NCBI GenBank assembly: GCA_964542765.1
Contig: CAZIVO010000005.1
Span: 1,888 to 65,887, forward strand
Source: an uncultured candidatus Brocadiaceae bacterium
GTDB lineage: Bacteria > Planctomycetota > UBA1135 > UBA2386
Length of the DNA: 64,000 nucleotides
Reading direction: 5' to 3'
Shown here: positions 20,111 through 30,179 of the stretch, in pieces
How the letters are laid out: each line of letters starts with the position of its first letter
Numbering within the stretch: position 1 is the first letter of the stretch
Translations under genes and position numbers: made by a program
Notes under the pieces: model-generated
Seen by the model: the letters and a program-made list of their open reading frames with translations, nothing else
Database searches by the model: none
Told to the model about the DNA's origin: nothing

Positions 20111-21253
20111 CTATCTCGCCAGGTTCAGATATGCCTGGAGTGTGGTTTCTGCGGCTTTGCGCCAGGTGAAGGAGCGCGCTCTCTCGATGGCTGCCGGTTG
20201 TATCTGCGCGGTCCACGAGTCACGTTGACGCAGAGCGTCCTCGATCCCGCTCGCCATGCTGTCCAGGTCGGTCGGGTCGAAATAGAAAGCGTGGTCGCCC
20301 CCTGCCTCCTGCATGCCGGAGGTTTGGCTCGTCACGACCGGGGTGCCCAGAGCCAGGGATTCGATGACCGGGATTCCCCAGCCTTCGATGAGACTTGGAT
20401 AGATACAGAGTTCGGCGCCGGCATAGAGATCGATCAGGTCTTTGCGAGTCAGGTAGGGCAGGAACAGGATTTGTTGTGTGAGGCCTGCTCGCGCTGCGCG
20501 TTCTCGGAAAGGTTTTTGCTGGGCTTCGTTCAAGCCGGAGATGAGGCAAGGCAACTCGAGGTGCCCACGGGAATGCAAGAGGCCCAGGGCATCGATCAAT
20601 CCGTTGGTGTTCTTGCGCCTGAGCGAGGAACCGAGGGCAAACAAGTAGCGCTGACCATTGGCAAATCGGAGTCTCGCCTTGTCGGCACTTCCTTCTGGAG
20701 CACCTGCGATGAACTCGGGGGAGATCCCGTTGAAGAAGACCTGAACCTTCTCGGCTGCGACCCCATGCCGGTTGATGATGTCCTGGCGTGACCATTCACT
20801 GACTGTCAGTATGGTTTTGGCATCCCGGAGGACGCGAGGGGTTACTGCCCGGCAATACCGGACGTATGGGTCGTCGAGGCTTTCGTCGTGCCATGTGACG
20901 ATGAGGTCGTGGACTGTCACCATGAGAGGTGGGCCGCGCCAAAGAGGCCAGGATGGCGGCAGCGTGTTGTAGGTGCCGTGGTAAACCGAGACCTTGTCTC
21001 GCCGGATTTGCCATGGCATTCGAATCCGTTCCCAACTGTTCCAGCGACCACCGCGGATTTCCGTGCGGACAGGGCGCATGTTCTCCGGGATTGGCGGCAT
21101 GTCCTCAGGAAGGTCGCGTTCGTGGTACAGAAGGAATTCCTGGTCTGCTGCGAGATCGCTGAATTCTCGCATCAGGTGTCGGACGTAGAGTCCTATCCCT
21201 CGTGGATGCAACCGAAAAGCTTCGCGTGCATCGATCCCGATTCGCACAGACAT
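20111..21253 (-). CDS. GT4 glycosyltransferase (MtfB-like)
   Basis: IGIDAR...GIGLYV, TVHDL, TVSEWS, RKN, YPSLIEGWGIPVIE, FTWRKAA. Confidence 0.9.
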   Translation of the reverse strand: MSVRIGIDAREAFRLHPRGIGLYVRHLMREFSDLAADQEFLLYHERDLPEDMPPIPENMRPVRTEIRGGRWNSWERIRMPWQIRRDKVSVYHGTYNTLPPSWPLWRGPPLMVTVHDLIVTWHDESLDDPYVRYCRAVTPRVLRDAKTILTVSEWSRQDIINRHGVAAEKVQVFFNGISPEFIAGAPEGSADKARLRFANGQRYLFALGSSLRRKNTNGLIDALGLLHSRGHLELPCLISGLNEAQQKPFRERAARAGLTQQILFLPYLTRKDLIDLYAGAELCIYPSLIEGWGIPVIESLALGTPVVTSQTSGMQEAGGDHAFYFDPTDLDSMASGIEDALRQRDSWTAQIQPAAIERARSFTWRKAAETTLQAYLNLAR

Positions 21254-22158
21254 CAGTCGTCCAGTCGTGTTAACACTTCAGCGCCATCGTCATGGATGAA
21301 GATGGTGTGTTCTGTCTGCGCGACCCGGACACCCGGCTTCTCGGCCAAGGGAGGATAGTCCAGCAGGATTCGAGCTTTTGCGAGATTCTGTAGTGCCTTC
21401 TCGACCCGCTCGGCAGTGCCGAGATGTTCGACGAGATTGCGGCGTGCAAAGGGCAGCCCATGGATGCTTTCGAGTGCTGCCTCGACATCTTTGGAGATGC
21501 GGTCGCGTGGTTTGATCTTTCGCTTGAGTCCGAAGACTTCTGGCTCTCCTCGGTTTTCGATGTAGCCCGCTCCATCGCATACGAAGGGTTCACACGCAAC
21601 GGTCTGTCCTGCACGGAGTCGGCCGGCATTTGCTTCGGCGTAGCTGTAGATCGACGGTTTGCAGTGAACGGTGTAGCGGGACACACCGTGTCCGGTCAGG
21701 TTGTAGATGGGTTTGAGTCCGAAGGCGATGACGGTCTGTTCGATCTGATGGCCAATTTCCGTGATGGAAGCCCCGGGCCCCATCAGGCTGATTGCATTTT
21801 CGAGTGCCACCCGACTGGCCGCCACGAGTGCTGAATCAGGCCCATTCCTCAGGTCCACAGTGGTAGCACTGTCGGTGACCCATCCATCGACGTGGGCTCC
21901 CACGTCGAGTTTGATGATATCGCCTTCCTCGACAACGGTTGGATCGTCGATCGGCGAGCAATAGTGAGCGGCAATGTTGTTGCGAGAGAGTTGTGCCGGG
22001 AAGGCCAGCCCTCCACCCATCTCTCGAATGATGCGTTCGGCCTCGCAGGCGATGTCTTCGAGGCGAGTGCCTGCTTTGATCATCTTCTTGCAGGTTTCTC
22101 GAGCCGTGGCCGTGATCTGGCCTGAGCGCCTCAGCATGTCGAGATCGGAGGGTTTCAC
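21253..22158 (-). CDS. map: Type II methionine aminopeptidase (archaeal/eukaryotic type)
   Basis: AFP...NNIAAHY, KLDVGAHVDG..TDSA, NLTGHG, EPF, a helical insert (PFARR...YPPLAE) and AQTEHTI. Confidence 0.9.
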   Translation of the reverse strand: MKPSDLDMLRRSGQITATARETCKKMIKAGTRLEDIACEAERIIREMGGGLAFPAQLSRNNIAAHYCSPIDDPTVVEEGDIIKLDVGAHVDGWVTDSATTVDLRNGPDSALVAASRVALENAISLMGPGASITEIGHQIEQTVIAFGLKPIYNLTGHGVSRYTVHCKPSIYSYAEANAGRLRAGQTVACEPFVCDGAGYIENRGEPEVFGLKRKIKPRDRISKDVEAALESIHGLPFARRNLVEHLGTAERVEKALQNLAKARILLDYPPLAEKPGVRVAQTEHTIFIHDDGAEVLTRLDD

Positions 22159-22220
22159 CGGTGGCGACGATAGCGGGCGGCTGCAGTTTTGTCGTTGCAG
22201 TTCCTCGGTGAGTGATCAGG

Positions 22221-23234
22221 TCATTTGCCCAGAGGCAGCTTGCTCCGGAGACGATAGAGCCAGGCGTTATTCTGCTTGTATACGGGCCCTCTGGTATCCG
22301 AGAGTCGGCGCTGTTGAGCCTGGAGTCGTCCCGTCAGCACGTTTTGCGCCCATGTGGCGTAGGTCTGTTTCAGTTTTTCCATGGGAGATCGGTCGAGGTC
22401 GATGCGCAAATCCACGAGTTTGTCGGAGCGAGAGTCGTAACCGGCTTCATTGCGGGTAACCATCAGACTGGCTGACCACGCGGGAGCGATGTCATTGAGG
22501 GGTCCCTGCGGGTCACTGCTCCAGGCAGCATCGAGGGCGATCAGCAGACGCTCTGCGAGCGGCAGTCCGTTCCGGGCCTCGAAGACCGCGATCATTTTTT
22601 CAAGCGCCGGGACCGGCTCCAGAAGGATGCCAGCAGTGAGGCATTGCTTGCCGGATTTGACATAGCTCGTTCGCGGAGAGCCCAGCACACCGATACCCAT
22701 ATAGCTGGCTTGTTGACCGTCCTTGTCGAGGATGAGGAGGAGTCGGGCCCGGGGATGTGATTCTTCGCTAACCAGCAGGTCGGCGATCGATGCTGGCGGC
22801 ATACCCTTTTCGAGAAGTTCGATGCCGCGCTGCTTCCACGCGGTGTTTGGTCGGGCGCCGACCATCACGGCGCCAACTCCGGCGCGTAGTTCGGGCAGTA
22901 CCGAGCCGGATGCGGGGAGGTTCGAGAAACAAGCGAAGCCGAGGTCCCCGGTCTTTTCGTCGCGTCCTAAAATGAACACGCCGTTTGCATAGACTTCACC
23001 GACATCGGCTCCGTAGAACCGAAAGCCGGTAATCTTCTTGGTTTCTGGGTCTTGCTTCTTCTCGGCTGACTTGACTTCAGCGGCAGCGGCAGCAGTTTTC
23101 CTGTGCGCGTTGATGGATTCGACGGTTGGCTTCTGGATGTCGGATTCCGAACTATCGGATGCACCCTCTCCACACGCGGTCACTGCCAAGCAAGCGAGCA
23201 AGATGGCCATGCATCGACGGTTGCATGGGTTCAT
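22221..23234 (-). CDS. Lipoprotein with divergent DUF1028 (Ntn-hydrolase-like) domain
   Basis: Lipobox VTAC; RDEKTGDLG, AGVGAV, LAERLLIALDAA, SASL, VDLRID; ATG 23234 lies 1 nt after the msrP stop. Confidence 0.65.
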   Translation of the reverse strand: MNPCNRRCMAILLACLAVTACGEGASDSSESDIQKPTVESINAHRKTAAAAAEVKSAEKKQDPETKKITGFRFYGADVGEVYANGVFILGRDEKTGDLGFACFSNLPASGSVLPELRAGVGAVMVGARPNTAWKQRGIELLEKGMPPASIADLLVSEESHPRARLLLILDKDGQQASYMGIGVLGSPRTSYVKSGKQCLTAGILLEPVPALEKMIAVFEARNGLPLAERLLIALDAAWSSDPQGPLNDIAPAWSASLMVTRNEAGYDSRSDKLVDLRIDLDRSPMEKLKQTYATWAQNVLTGRLQAQQRRLSDTRGPVYKQNNAWLYRLRSKLPLGK

Positions 23235-23235
23235 G

Positions 23236-24216
23236 TCACTTCTCGTATAGCTTGGCGACCAGATCCGCATAACCGTTGTAGGGTAGTGTCTTGACCTTTT
23301 CTCCGCCCGGGATCAGCCGCTCTTCGGCCTGAGACCATCGGGGGTGCGGCACGTTTGGCTCGACGTTGCTGTGCCAGCTGTACTCTTTTGGCTGGGCGTT
23401 GTTCCAGAAGGTCGGAGGCTTCTCCTTGGTGAACTCGAACTTGACGACGCTCTTGATGCTTTTGAGTCCATATTTCCATGGGGTGACCAGGCGCAGAGGG
23501 GCGCCGTTCTGGCGCGGAAGTTCTTTGCCGTACAGTCCGTGAGCAAGGAGGCTCAATTCATTTCCCGCCTCTGCCAGGGATAGCGCCTCGTAGTATGGGA
23601 ATTCGTAGCCTGTTCGAACTGCGTCGGGCATCTCATCCGGGCGATAAGCGGTGAACATCTGGACGTATCGTGCGTCCTTGGTTGGTGCTACCCACTCGAG
23701 GAACTTCTTCATCGGGAATCCCGTCCACGGCACTGTCATGCTCCATGCCTCGACGCAGCGGAACCGATAGATCCGTTCCTCGCTGCGAAGGTGTTTGAAG
23801 AAGTCTTCGAGATCAGCAATTCCCGGTTTCTCGACCAGACCGGCGATCTCCACCTTCCATGGCGCTGTCTGGAATTTGTTGACCTTGAATTGGACCATGC
23901 GCTTGTTGAGCGAGAACTCGTAGAAGTTGTTGTAGGAGGTGGCAGCTTTTTCGTCCGTCAGGGGGCGCTCATCGACCGCGTAGCTCTTGTTGCGGGTTGC
24001 TGGAAAGGTTCCTTCTGGAGCGCGGAATAGCTTGGGACCATCTTCGTCCTGGGGGTCTTGCCGAAAGGAGGCCTTCAGAGGGAGTGCTCGGTCCAGGATG
24101 CTGCTCGGCAGGAGTCCTGCGGCCGCGAGTCCGGCCAGAACTTGCCGGCGATTCACCCAGGCTTCTTCGGGAGTGATCGCGGAATCTCTGCGGTGCCAGA
24201 TATTCTTTCTGTTCAT
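23236..24216 (-). CDS. msrP: Periplasmic methionine-sulfoxide reductase catalytic molybdoenzyme MsrP (YedY)
   Basis: ITPE, Tat-like NRRQVL, YNNFYEF, ERIYRFRCVEAWSM, QNGAPLRLVTPWKYGLKSIKS, HPRWSQA, NGYA. Confidence 0.93.
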   Translation of the reverse strand: MNRKNIWHRRDSAITPEEAWVNRRQVLAGLAAAGLLPSSILDRALPLKASFRQDPQDEDGPKLFRAPEGTFPATRNKSYAVDERPLTDEKAATSYNNFYEFSLNKRMVQFKVNKFQTAPWKVEIAGLVEKPGIADLEDFFKHLRSEERIYRFRCVEAWSMTVPWTGFPMKKFLEWVAPTKDARYVQMFTAYRPDEMPDAVRTGYEFPYYEALSLAEAGNELSLLAHGLYGKELPRQNGAPLRLVTPWKYGLKSIKSVVKFEFTKEKPPTFWNNAQPKEYSWHSNVEPNVPHPRWSQAEERLIPGGEKVKTLPYNGYADLVAKLYEK

Positions 24217-24238
24217 GGTGCGGCCTCCTCGGAAGAGT

Positions 24239-24463
24239 TTACGGGGATGGGGGCGGGTCACTCCTGGAATTTTTGCCTCCGACACGATTGGACCGAAGCC
24301 GTAGCAAGATGAGGATGCCAATCAGGAGGACGATGATGGCAGGATGCAAGAGTAAGCGTCCGATGCTGCCGAGTGCTGGGATGAATAGCTTGAGCTGAGT
24401 AGCGGCCATCACCACGGAGGCGATACCGATGGCCGTCAAGGCCAGCTTTCCGATCCTCCTCAT
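24239..24463 (-). CDS. Small hypothetical membrane protein
   Basis: Two hydrophobic segments; co-directional between kbl and msrP. Confidence 0.5.
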   Translation of the reverse strand: MRRIGKLALTAIGIASVVMAATQLKLFIPALGSIGRLLLHPAIIVLLIGILILLRLRSNRVGGKNSRSDPPPSP

Positions 24464-24512
24464 GTCGAGATCAATCCTGTGATCATCATGGCCATCGATG
24501 TGTATCCGTGGC

Positions 24513-25697
24513 TCAAAGGACGCCTAGTTCCGTTCCCGCTTGTACGAAAGCTTCGACGGCCGTATCGATGTGGTCATCTTGATGAGCGGCACTGATTTGA
24601 ACGCGGATCCGAGCCTCACCTTTTGGCACCACAGGAAAGGAAAAGCCGATCACGTAAATGCCCAGTTCGAGCAGGCGTGCTGCCATCTGTGCAGCCAGCC
24701 GAGCATCTCCGAGCATGATCGGCACGATGGGATGCTCTCCTTCCTTGATCGAGAATCCGGCGGCTGTCATGGCTTGGCGGAAGCGCCGGGTATTTTGTTC
24801 GAGCTTGTCGCGCAGTGCTGTTGATGAGGCGAGCTGGTCGAGGCATGCGATGGTCGCGCCGACGATGGCAGGTGCGACGGTGTTGCTGAACAAGTAGGGC
24901 CTCGAGCGCTGCCGAAGGAGTTCGATGATTTCGGATCGTCCCGATGTGAACCCTCCTGAAGCGCCGCCCAGAGCCTTTCCAAAGGTCGATGTGATGATGT
25001 CGACGCGGTCCTGAACACCGTGATGCTCGGGTGTGCCTCGGCCCGACGGGCCAAAGAAGCCGCTGGCATGGCTATCGTCGACCATGACCAATGCATCGTA
25101 TTGTTCGGCGAGGTCGCAGATCTCCGGGAGCTTGGCAACGAAACCATCCATGCTGAAGACGCCATCGGTGGCGATCAGTCTCGAGCGGCAGTCCTTGGAT
25201 TCTTGCAGGCATCGCTCCAGGTCCGCCATGTCGCTGTTGGCGTAGCGCCAGCGCTTGGCCTTGCTCAAGCGAACCCCATCGATGATCGATGCGTGGTTGA
25301 GTTGGTCGGAGATGATGGCATCTTCGGGTCCGGTCAAGGTTTCGAACAGACCACCATTAGCGTCGAAACATGAGGTGTAGAGGATCGTGTCTTCCGTGCT
25401 CAGGAAGTCGCAGATCTTCGCTTCGAGTTGCTTGTGGATGTCTTGTGTGCCGCAGATGAAGCGTACGCTCGACAGTCCGAATCCATGGCTGGTCAGGGTT
25501 TCCTTTGCTGCAGCTACCAGCTCCGGGTTGTTGGAGAGACCGAGGTAGTTGTTTGCGCAGAAGCAGATGGGCTCGGCATCACGAACGCCGATGCGGGGGC
25601 CTTGAGGAGTGAGGAGGACGCGCTCTTCCTTGTAGAGCCCGCCCTCGCGGATCTCGTCAATCTCGGTTTGGATGCGCTTTTGAACAGAGCCATACAT
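24513..25697 (-). CDS. kbl: Glycine C-acetyltransferase (2-amino-3-ketobutyrate CoA ligase)
   Basis: [56 protein letters not shown]. Confidence 0.96.
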   Translation of the reverse strand: MYGSVQKRIQTEIDEIREGGLYKEERVLLTPQGPRIGVRDAEPICFCANNYLGLSNNPELVAAAKETLTSHGFGLSSVRFICGTQDIHKQLEAKICDFLSTEDTILYTSCFDANGGLFETLTGPEDAIISDQLNHASIIDGVRLSKAKRWRYANSDMADLERCLQESKDCRSRLIATDGVFSMDGFVAKLPEICDLAEQYDALVMVDDSHASGFFGPSGRGTPEHHGVQDRVDIITSTFGKALGGASGGFTSGRSEIIELLRQRSRPYLFSNTVAPAIVGATIACLDQLASSTALRDKLEQNTRRFRQAMTAAGFSIKEGEHPIVPIMLGDARLAAQMAARLLELGIYVIGFSFPVVPKGEARIRVQISAAHQDDHIDTAVEAFVQAGTELGVL

Positions 25698-25844
25698 GTC
25701 GTTGTCTCCCGCGAGCGTTGAACTCGCCGTCCGGGCCTGTGCCGGAGCGGTCGCGTACGATGTAACGCAATCGATGGGGCGGGGCAACAGATCCGGGCCA
25801 GAACGCTGCATCATGAGCCGTGATTCCGGCTCGCCGGGAGCGGC

Positions 25845-26927
25845 CTATCCTCCTTGGCACGCTTCGTCCGGGTAGAGGATGACCTTTCCTTCCAGCCCTT
25901 CGCCGAAACGAGTCATGCCATGCTCGAACTCTTCGAGCGGGAGTTCGCACGTTACGAGATGCTCCACATCCAGGCCCTTTGCCAGGAGTTCGAGCATGCG
26001 GTCCCAGGTGGCGAAGATCTCTCGACCGATGATGGCGTGGATGGTCAATCCCTTGAAGATGATGTTGTTGCTGAAGTCATCGATCGAGACGGATGCTGTT
26101 CGTGGCAGCCCGAGTTGAACCAGATGGCCGGCCGCACGGATCATTCGGATGGCATTGTTGATGCCGTCAGGATGGCCGGAGATTTCCATCGAGACATCGA
26201 CGCCGCCTTCGGTGGCATGGATGACTCGATCCGTGACATCGCCGTCGCGAGCATCGAGGACCGTGACTCGATCTTCGGATCTGGTGCGGCGACTCCATTC
26301 GCGTGCCCGCTCAAGGGGCTGTTCCTTGACATCCAGGATGAAGATATGTCGCGCACCGACGAAGAGCGCGACCTCGGCGCACATGGCACCGATCGGTCCG
26401 TAGCCGACAATGGCGGCGGTCTTGTCCTGGAGTGGCACCTTACAGGCTGTATGAACCGCATTGCCCAGAGGATCCAGAATGGCACCGACCTTGTGGGGTA
26501 AGGTGTCCGGTAACACCACAATATTGGTAGCCGATATGATGACGTGATCGGCGAATGCACCGTCCAGATTGACGCCGCGAATTTTGGTGTTGGCACATGC
26601 GTGGAAGGCGCCGTCGCGGCATGCCGGGCAGGCATGGCAGACCTCATGCATTTCGGCGCTCACATACTGTCCGACCGAGAGGTTGGTGACATCCTTGCCC
26701 AGCGCATCGATGGTGCCGCAGAACTCGTGTCCGAGAACGATGGGTGGTTCAACGATCTCGGCGATCGAGGGATCGCCCTTGCAGATATGGACATCGGTTC
26801 CGCAGATGCCAGCGGCCAGGACACGGACCCGGACTTCGCCGGGGCCAGGTGTCGGTATGGACAGGTCGTGCCGGAGTCGGAACCCTGCCGGTTCGTGGAG
26901 TTCGATTGCCTTCATGCGCCCCGTCAC
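25845..26927 (-). CDS. tdh: Zn-dependent L-threonine 3-dehydrogenase (MDR family)
   Basis: GICGTDVH, GHEFCG, CHACPAC...C, DPLGNAVHT, GYGPIG, IIFKGLT..IIGR; directly upstream of kbl. Confidence 0.88.
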   Translation of the reverse strand: MTGRMKAIELHEPAGFRLRHDLSIPTPGPGEVRVRVLAAGICGTDVHICKGDPSIAEIVEPPIVLGHEFCGTIDALGKDVTNLSVGQYVSAEMHEVCHACPACRDGAFHACANTKIRGVNLDGAFADHVIISATNIVVLPDTLPHKVGAILDPLGNAVHTACKVPLQDKTAAIVGYGPIGAMCAEVALFVGARHIFILDVKEQPLERAREWSRRTRSEDRVTVLDARDGDVTDRVIHATEGGVDVSMEISGHPDGINNAIRMIRAAGHLVQLGLPRTASVSIDDFSNNIIFKGLTIHAIIGREIFATWDRMLELLAKGLDVEHLVTCELPLEEFEHGMTRFGEGLEGKVILYPDEACQGG

Positions 26928-26973
26928 GATGGTGAGAATCTAGTCGCTGCGGCCCGATGAGAGGAGGGTCTCG

Positions 26974-27486
26974 ATGATTCTCCCGGTGATGACTTCCAAT
27001 CGCCGCAACCTCGTGGCCCTTGGCGCGGCTATGCTCGTCGCCATGCATTGGCTGTTCCGGATCATGTCGGTCGCGCTGGTTCTGCCGCAGGCTGCATGTG
27101 AATCGCCATGGCATGGGGATGAGATGCGCTTTGCTGCGCGCCCGGTGCAAGAGGTCTCGAACTGGCGAGTCGGTTCTGGTGATCGCTTGGCGGGCTGGCT
27201 TCGGCTCCTGGAGATGAAGGGCCCCGATGGCGATGCCAGCTTTTTCCGGGTGGACAATGCCCAGGGACAGTGGCTCGGATTCATCGATCGGCAGGGTCGT
27301 GTTTACCAGCGGATACCTTTTTCGATGGAGGAAGTGTTCCGCGGCATCTACACGATGAAGGAGGCTCTCAGCCTGCTCTTCGAGGAGCCTGGCCCATTCA
27401 GTTATTCTGCGTCCGGGAAGGCGGGTTCGCAGTCCGCTGTGGACCGCGGTGATGTTGAGGGCATGATTTCAGACAAGGAGAAGTGA
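26974..27486 (+). CDS. Hypothetical exported protein, possible lipoprotein
   Basis: Hydrophobic N-terminus ending QAAC; overlaps the thioesterase start. True start may be ~27042. Confidence 0.55.
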   Translation: MILPVMTSNRRNLVALGAAMLVAMHWLFRIMSVALVLPQAACESPWHGDEMRFAARPVQEVSNWRVGSGDRLAGWLRLLEMKGPDGDASFFRVDNAQGQWLGFIDRQGRVYQRIPFSMEEVFRGIYTMKEALSLLFEEPGPFSYSASGKAGSQSAVDRGDVEGMISDKEK

Positions 27487-27962
27487 AGGTGACACGAGAC
27501 GAATTTCCGGTTTCTGCATCGCGGACCGAGATGACCGAGATGGTGATGCCCAATGACGCCAACCCACGCGGCACGGTGATGGGGGGGAGGGTCATGCACT
27601 GGATCGATATCTGTGCGGCCATCGCCGCCGGTCGTCATGCTCGAACACCGGTCGTCACCGCCAGCGTCGACAAAATTGATTTTCATCGTCCATCGCCGGT
27701 CGGCAGTGTCCTTGCACTGTTCGCATCGGTTAACTATGCGGGCCGGACTTCGATGGAGATCGGTGTGAAGGTCCTGCACGAGGACCGGGTGACAGGGGAC
27801 CGCTACCATGTCGCGTCCGCCTATCTCACCTTCGTGTCTCTCGACCCCCAGACAGGAAAGCCACAGGCAGTGGCCAAGATCTTGGCCGAGACAGAAGAAG
27901 AGAAGCGTCGGTATGCACAGGCAGAGCATCGTCGCAACGACCGCCTCGGGCATGTGGACTGA
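27483..27962 (+). CDS. Acyl-CoA thioesterase (hotdog fold, YciA-like)
   Basis: MPNDANPRGTVMGG, VVTASVDKIDF, VNYAGRTSMEIGV, AYLTFVSLD. Confidence 0.92.
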   Translation: MKVTRDEFPVSASRTEMTEMVMPNDANPRGTVMGGRVMHWIDICAAIAAGRHARTPVVTASVDKIDFHRPSPVGSVLALFASVNYAGRTSMEIGVKVLHEDRVTGDRYHVASAYLTFVSLDPQTGKPQAVAKILAETEEEKRRYAQAEHRRNDRLGHVD

Positions 27963-27974
27963 CGGACGACGCGA

Positions 27975-28355
27975 ATGAAGACGCTGCTCATGGTTGGTGT
28001 AGGTGGATTTCTGGGGGCGGTTGCCCGTCATGGGATGACGTCCCTGGTGTCCCGTCACTACACGGGTTCTTTTCCGGTGGGCACGCTCGTCGTGAATGTG
28101 CTGGGCTGCTTCTTGATCGGTGGCGCGATCTATCTCGTCGATGACCGCGAACTCTTCGGGCCGCAGATGAAGCTGTTCGTCATGGCCGGAATTCTCGGAT
28201 CATTCACGACCTTTTCGGCTCTGGGCCGCGAGAGTGTTGTCCTGATCGGGAATGCGCAGTATCTGGCCGCCGTGGCCAGCATTCTCGGAAATGTCATCGT
28301 CGGCGTGGGAGCCGTTGTCGTCGGCCGCTACGTCTTTGCCCTGGCAAGCGGATAG
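27975..28355 (+). CDS. crcB: Fluoride channel CrcB/FluC
   Basis: GGFLGAVAR, FPVGTLVVNVLG, GILGSFTTFS. Confidence 0.93.
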   Translation: MKTLLMVGVGGFLGAVARHGMTSLVSRHYTGSFPVGTLVVNVLGCFLIGGAIYLVDDRELFGPQMKLFVMAGILGSFTTFSALGRESVVLIGNAQYLAAVASILGNVIVGVGAVVVGRYVFALASG

Positions 28356-28360
28356 TCCGG

Positions 28361-30118
28361 CTAGCGCTTGTCGGCCTTGTCCGGTGCTGCCGCCTTGCGC
28401 GGAGTGGCGTATTCCTTGAATCGCTCACTGATCTTGGCCTGTTTTTCATCGCCGGGATGGAACAGGAAACGATGACGCAGAGTGAGTGATTCGCCCTTGG
28501 GAATTTTCAAGTCTCCGGAGCCACGCGGCTTGCCCTCGAAGTCATGAATGCCGAAGGGGTTCGCCGCGAAGAGTCCGTAATGTCGCGCGTGCCACCATGT
28601 GGGATGGCGAAGGTTCTCGGGATGGTCGAGGATGGCGACACCGACGACAACGCCGTCGACCGGTCCGTGGTAATCGATCCAGCGAGAGCGCTTCCCCCAG
28701 GCCTTTCGGCCTTCGATTCCCTCGCTGGTGATGCATTCTCCTTGCGCGACCTTCCCGGTGAGGCGGAGTTGAGGATGGAGGCGGATGGCCATCGTGCCTT
28801 CCTTCGTGTCGCCGAGAAGGAGTTCGCTTTCCGAGGCGTGCAGCGTGATTTCGTGGTCGAGGACTGGTCCGCCCATTTCGAAGCGGATGCGATAGGTCCG
28901 CTCATCTCTGAGGATCACATCACCGGTCGTTGACTTCCACAGATTGCGGCAGCGGATCACGCCTTCCTCACCCGAGGTGATCTCATCGAATCCGTCGTGA
29001 ACGATCACCCCGTTACCTTTTTTCTCGGTCCAGAAGTCGATGCCGTTCACGGCGCCATGCGTGAACCACAATGACCGGTGATGGATGTGGTCCCTTGCTT
29101 CGGTCTCGTCTCCTTCTTCCATCGGCCACATGCGTGTTGCTCGTCGTTCGGCGGCGCCGATGACCGGGTAGAAGAAGGGCCTGGGCCCACCGCTGAATCT
29201 ATATTCCGTGAAGAGCTGTCGCTGCTCTTGCGACTCTTCGCCGAATTCGATCCGCAGGCGATTCTTGAGCTTCGTGATCACTACCTTGCGCAGGGGCGCG
29301 ACATCGGTGGTCGCTATCGGGGGACTCTTTGTTGCCTGCTTGGCCGGAGCCAGGGGCAGCTTCTCGCGGCTCAGTTCCAGCATCTGGCGGTAAGCTGTCG
29401 GTTTCCGCAGCTTGGCATGGACGCCGACCATGCCCTCGTTGTGTAGCACATGCAGGAAGTAACGACGGCCAAACACGTAGCTCGGCTCGGTGACGATTCC
29501 GCGGTAAGGCCCCTTCGCCATCCAGTCTTCGAGGCCGAACTCGCGTTCCGCGATCAACTCCTCGATGAACACGGCGTGTCCTTCCATCAGGAACTTGTAG
29601 CGTCGGATCTCGTCGAACTCCTCGGTCGCATCTAGCTTCGAAGGTAGGCCGAAGTGTTCCTCCTGCAGCGCGTGCACCATCTCGTGTGCGACCGTGAGTT
29701 TGTGTTGCATGACCGCGTTCTGCGCATGTCGCGTCGAGTCTTTATCGAGACCCTTGGTCAACGGCCCGACGACGAGTGGCGACAGGGCGATCTCTTTGCT
29801 TTTGGGGAGGTAGAGCCCGAATAGTTGGAGGCACATGGCCAACAACTTGCTGGAGTCCTCGATCCCGGTCTCTCGCTTGACGATTTTACGCCACTCTTTG
29901 TGTGTCGTCGCGCGCACCTTTGGCGACGCTGCGAACTTCAGACCGGAGTATTTCTCGACGAGTGGCTCCATCTCGGTGACGGCCTTCTGCAGGTGTGGCT
30001 CGCGCTTGTTCGGCGGCTTTGGCTCGGTGGACTGTGCCGACGCGAAGGTCGCTACCACGAACGATATGCAGAGCATCAGGATGGCGGAGGGGCGTATGGC
30101 GACGTGACGCGATTGCAT
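28361..30118 (-). CDS. Secreted two-domain protein: HExxH zincin-like domain + PmoA/DUF6807-like domain
   Basis: Signal peptide ending ASA-Q; HEMVHALQ...EGHA; C-terminal half FYPV...DHIHHRSLWF, GDTKEG, DHPEN...WHARHYGLFAANPFG. Confidence 0.7.
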   Translation of the reverse strand: MQSRHVAIRPSAILMLCISFVVATFASAQSTEPKPPNKREPHLQKAVTEMEPLVEKYSGLKFAASPKVRATTHKEWRKIVKRETGIEDSSKLLAMCLQLFGLYLPKSKEIALSPLVVGPLTKGLDKDSTRHAQNAVMQHKLTVAHEMVHALQEEHFGLPSKLDATEEFDEIRRYKFLMEGHAVFIEELIAEREFGLEDWMAKGPYRGIVTEPSYVFGRRYFLHVLHNEGMVGVHAKLRKPTAYRQMLELSREKLPLAPAKQATKSPPIATTDVAPLRKVVITKLKNRLRIEFGEESQEQRQLFTEYRFSGGPRPFFYPVIGAAERRATRMWPMEEGDETEARDHIHHRSLWFTHGAVNGIDFWTEKKGNGVIVHDGFDEITSGEEGVIRCRNLWKSTTGDVILRDERTYRIRFEMGGPVLDHEITLHASESELLLGDTKEGTMAIRLHPQLRLTGKVAQGECITSEGIEGRKAWGKRSRWIDYHGPVDGVVVGVAILDHPENLRHPTWWHARHYGLFAANPFGIHDFEGKPRGSGDLKIPKGESLTLRHRFLFHPGDEKQAKISERFKEYATPRKAAAPDKADKR

Positions 30119-30179
30119 GGTTGGGGTGCTGAAGGTTCGGAGTGGTTCATGATGATAGTAGGTGGGCTGCATGGTGCTG

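Noticed and set aside
27900..27975. Fluoride riboswitch before crcB
   Set aside because: Only ~12 nt separate it from the thioesterase stop, and no motif is visible.
28361..29300. Methane monooxygenase, from the PmoA family name
   Set aside because: Soluble secreted domain with no pmoCAB context; the name does not imply methane oxidation.
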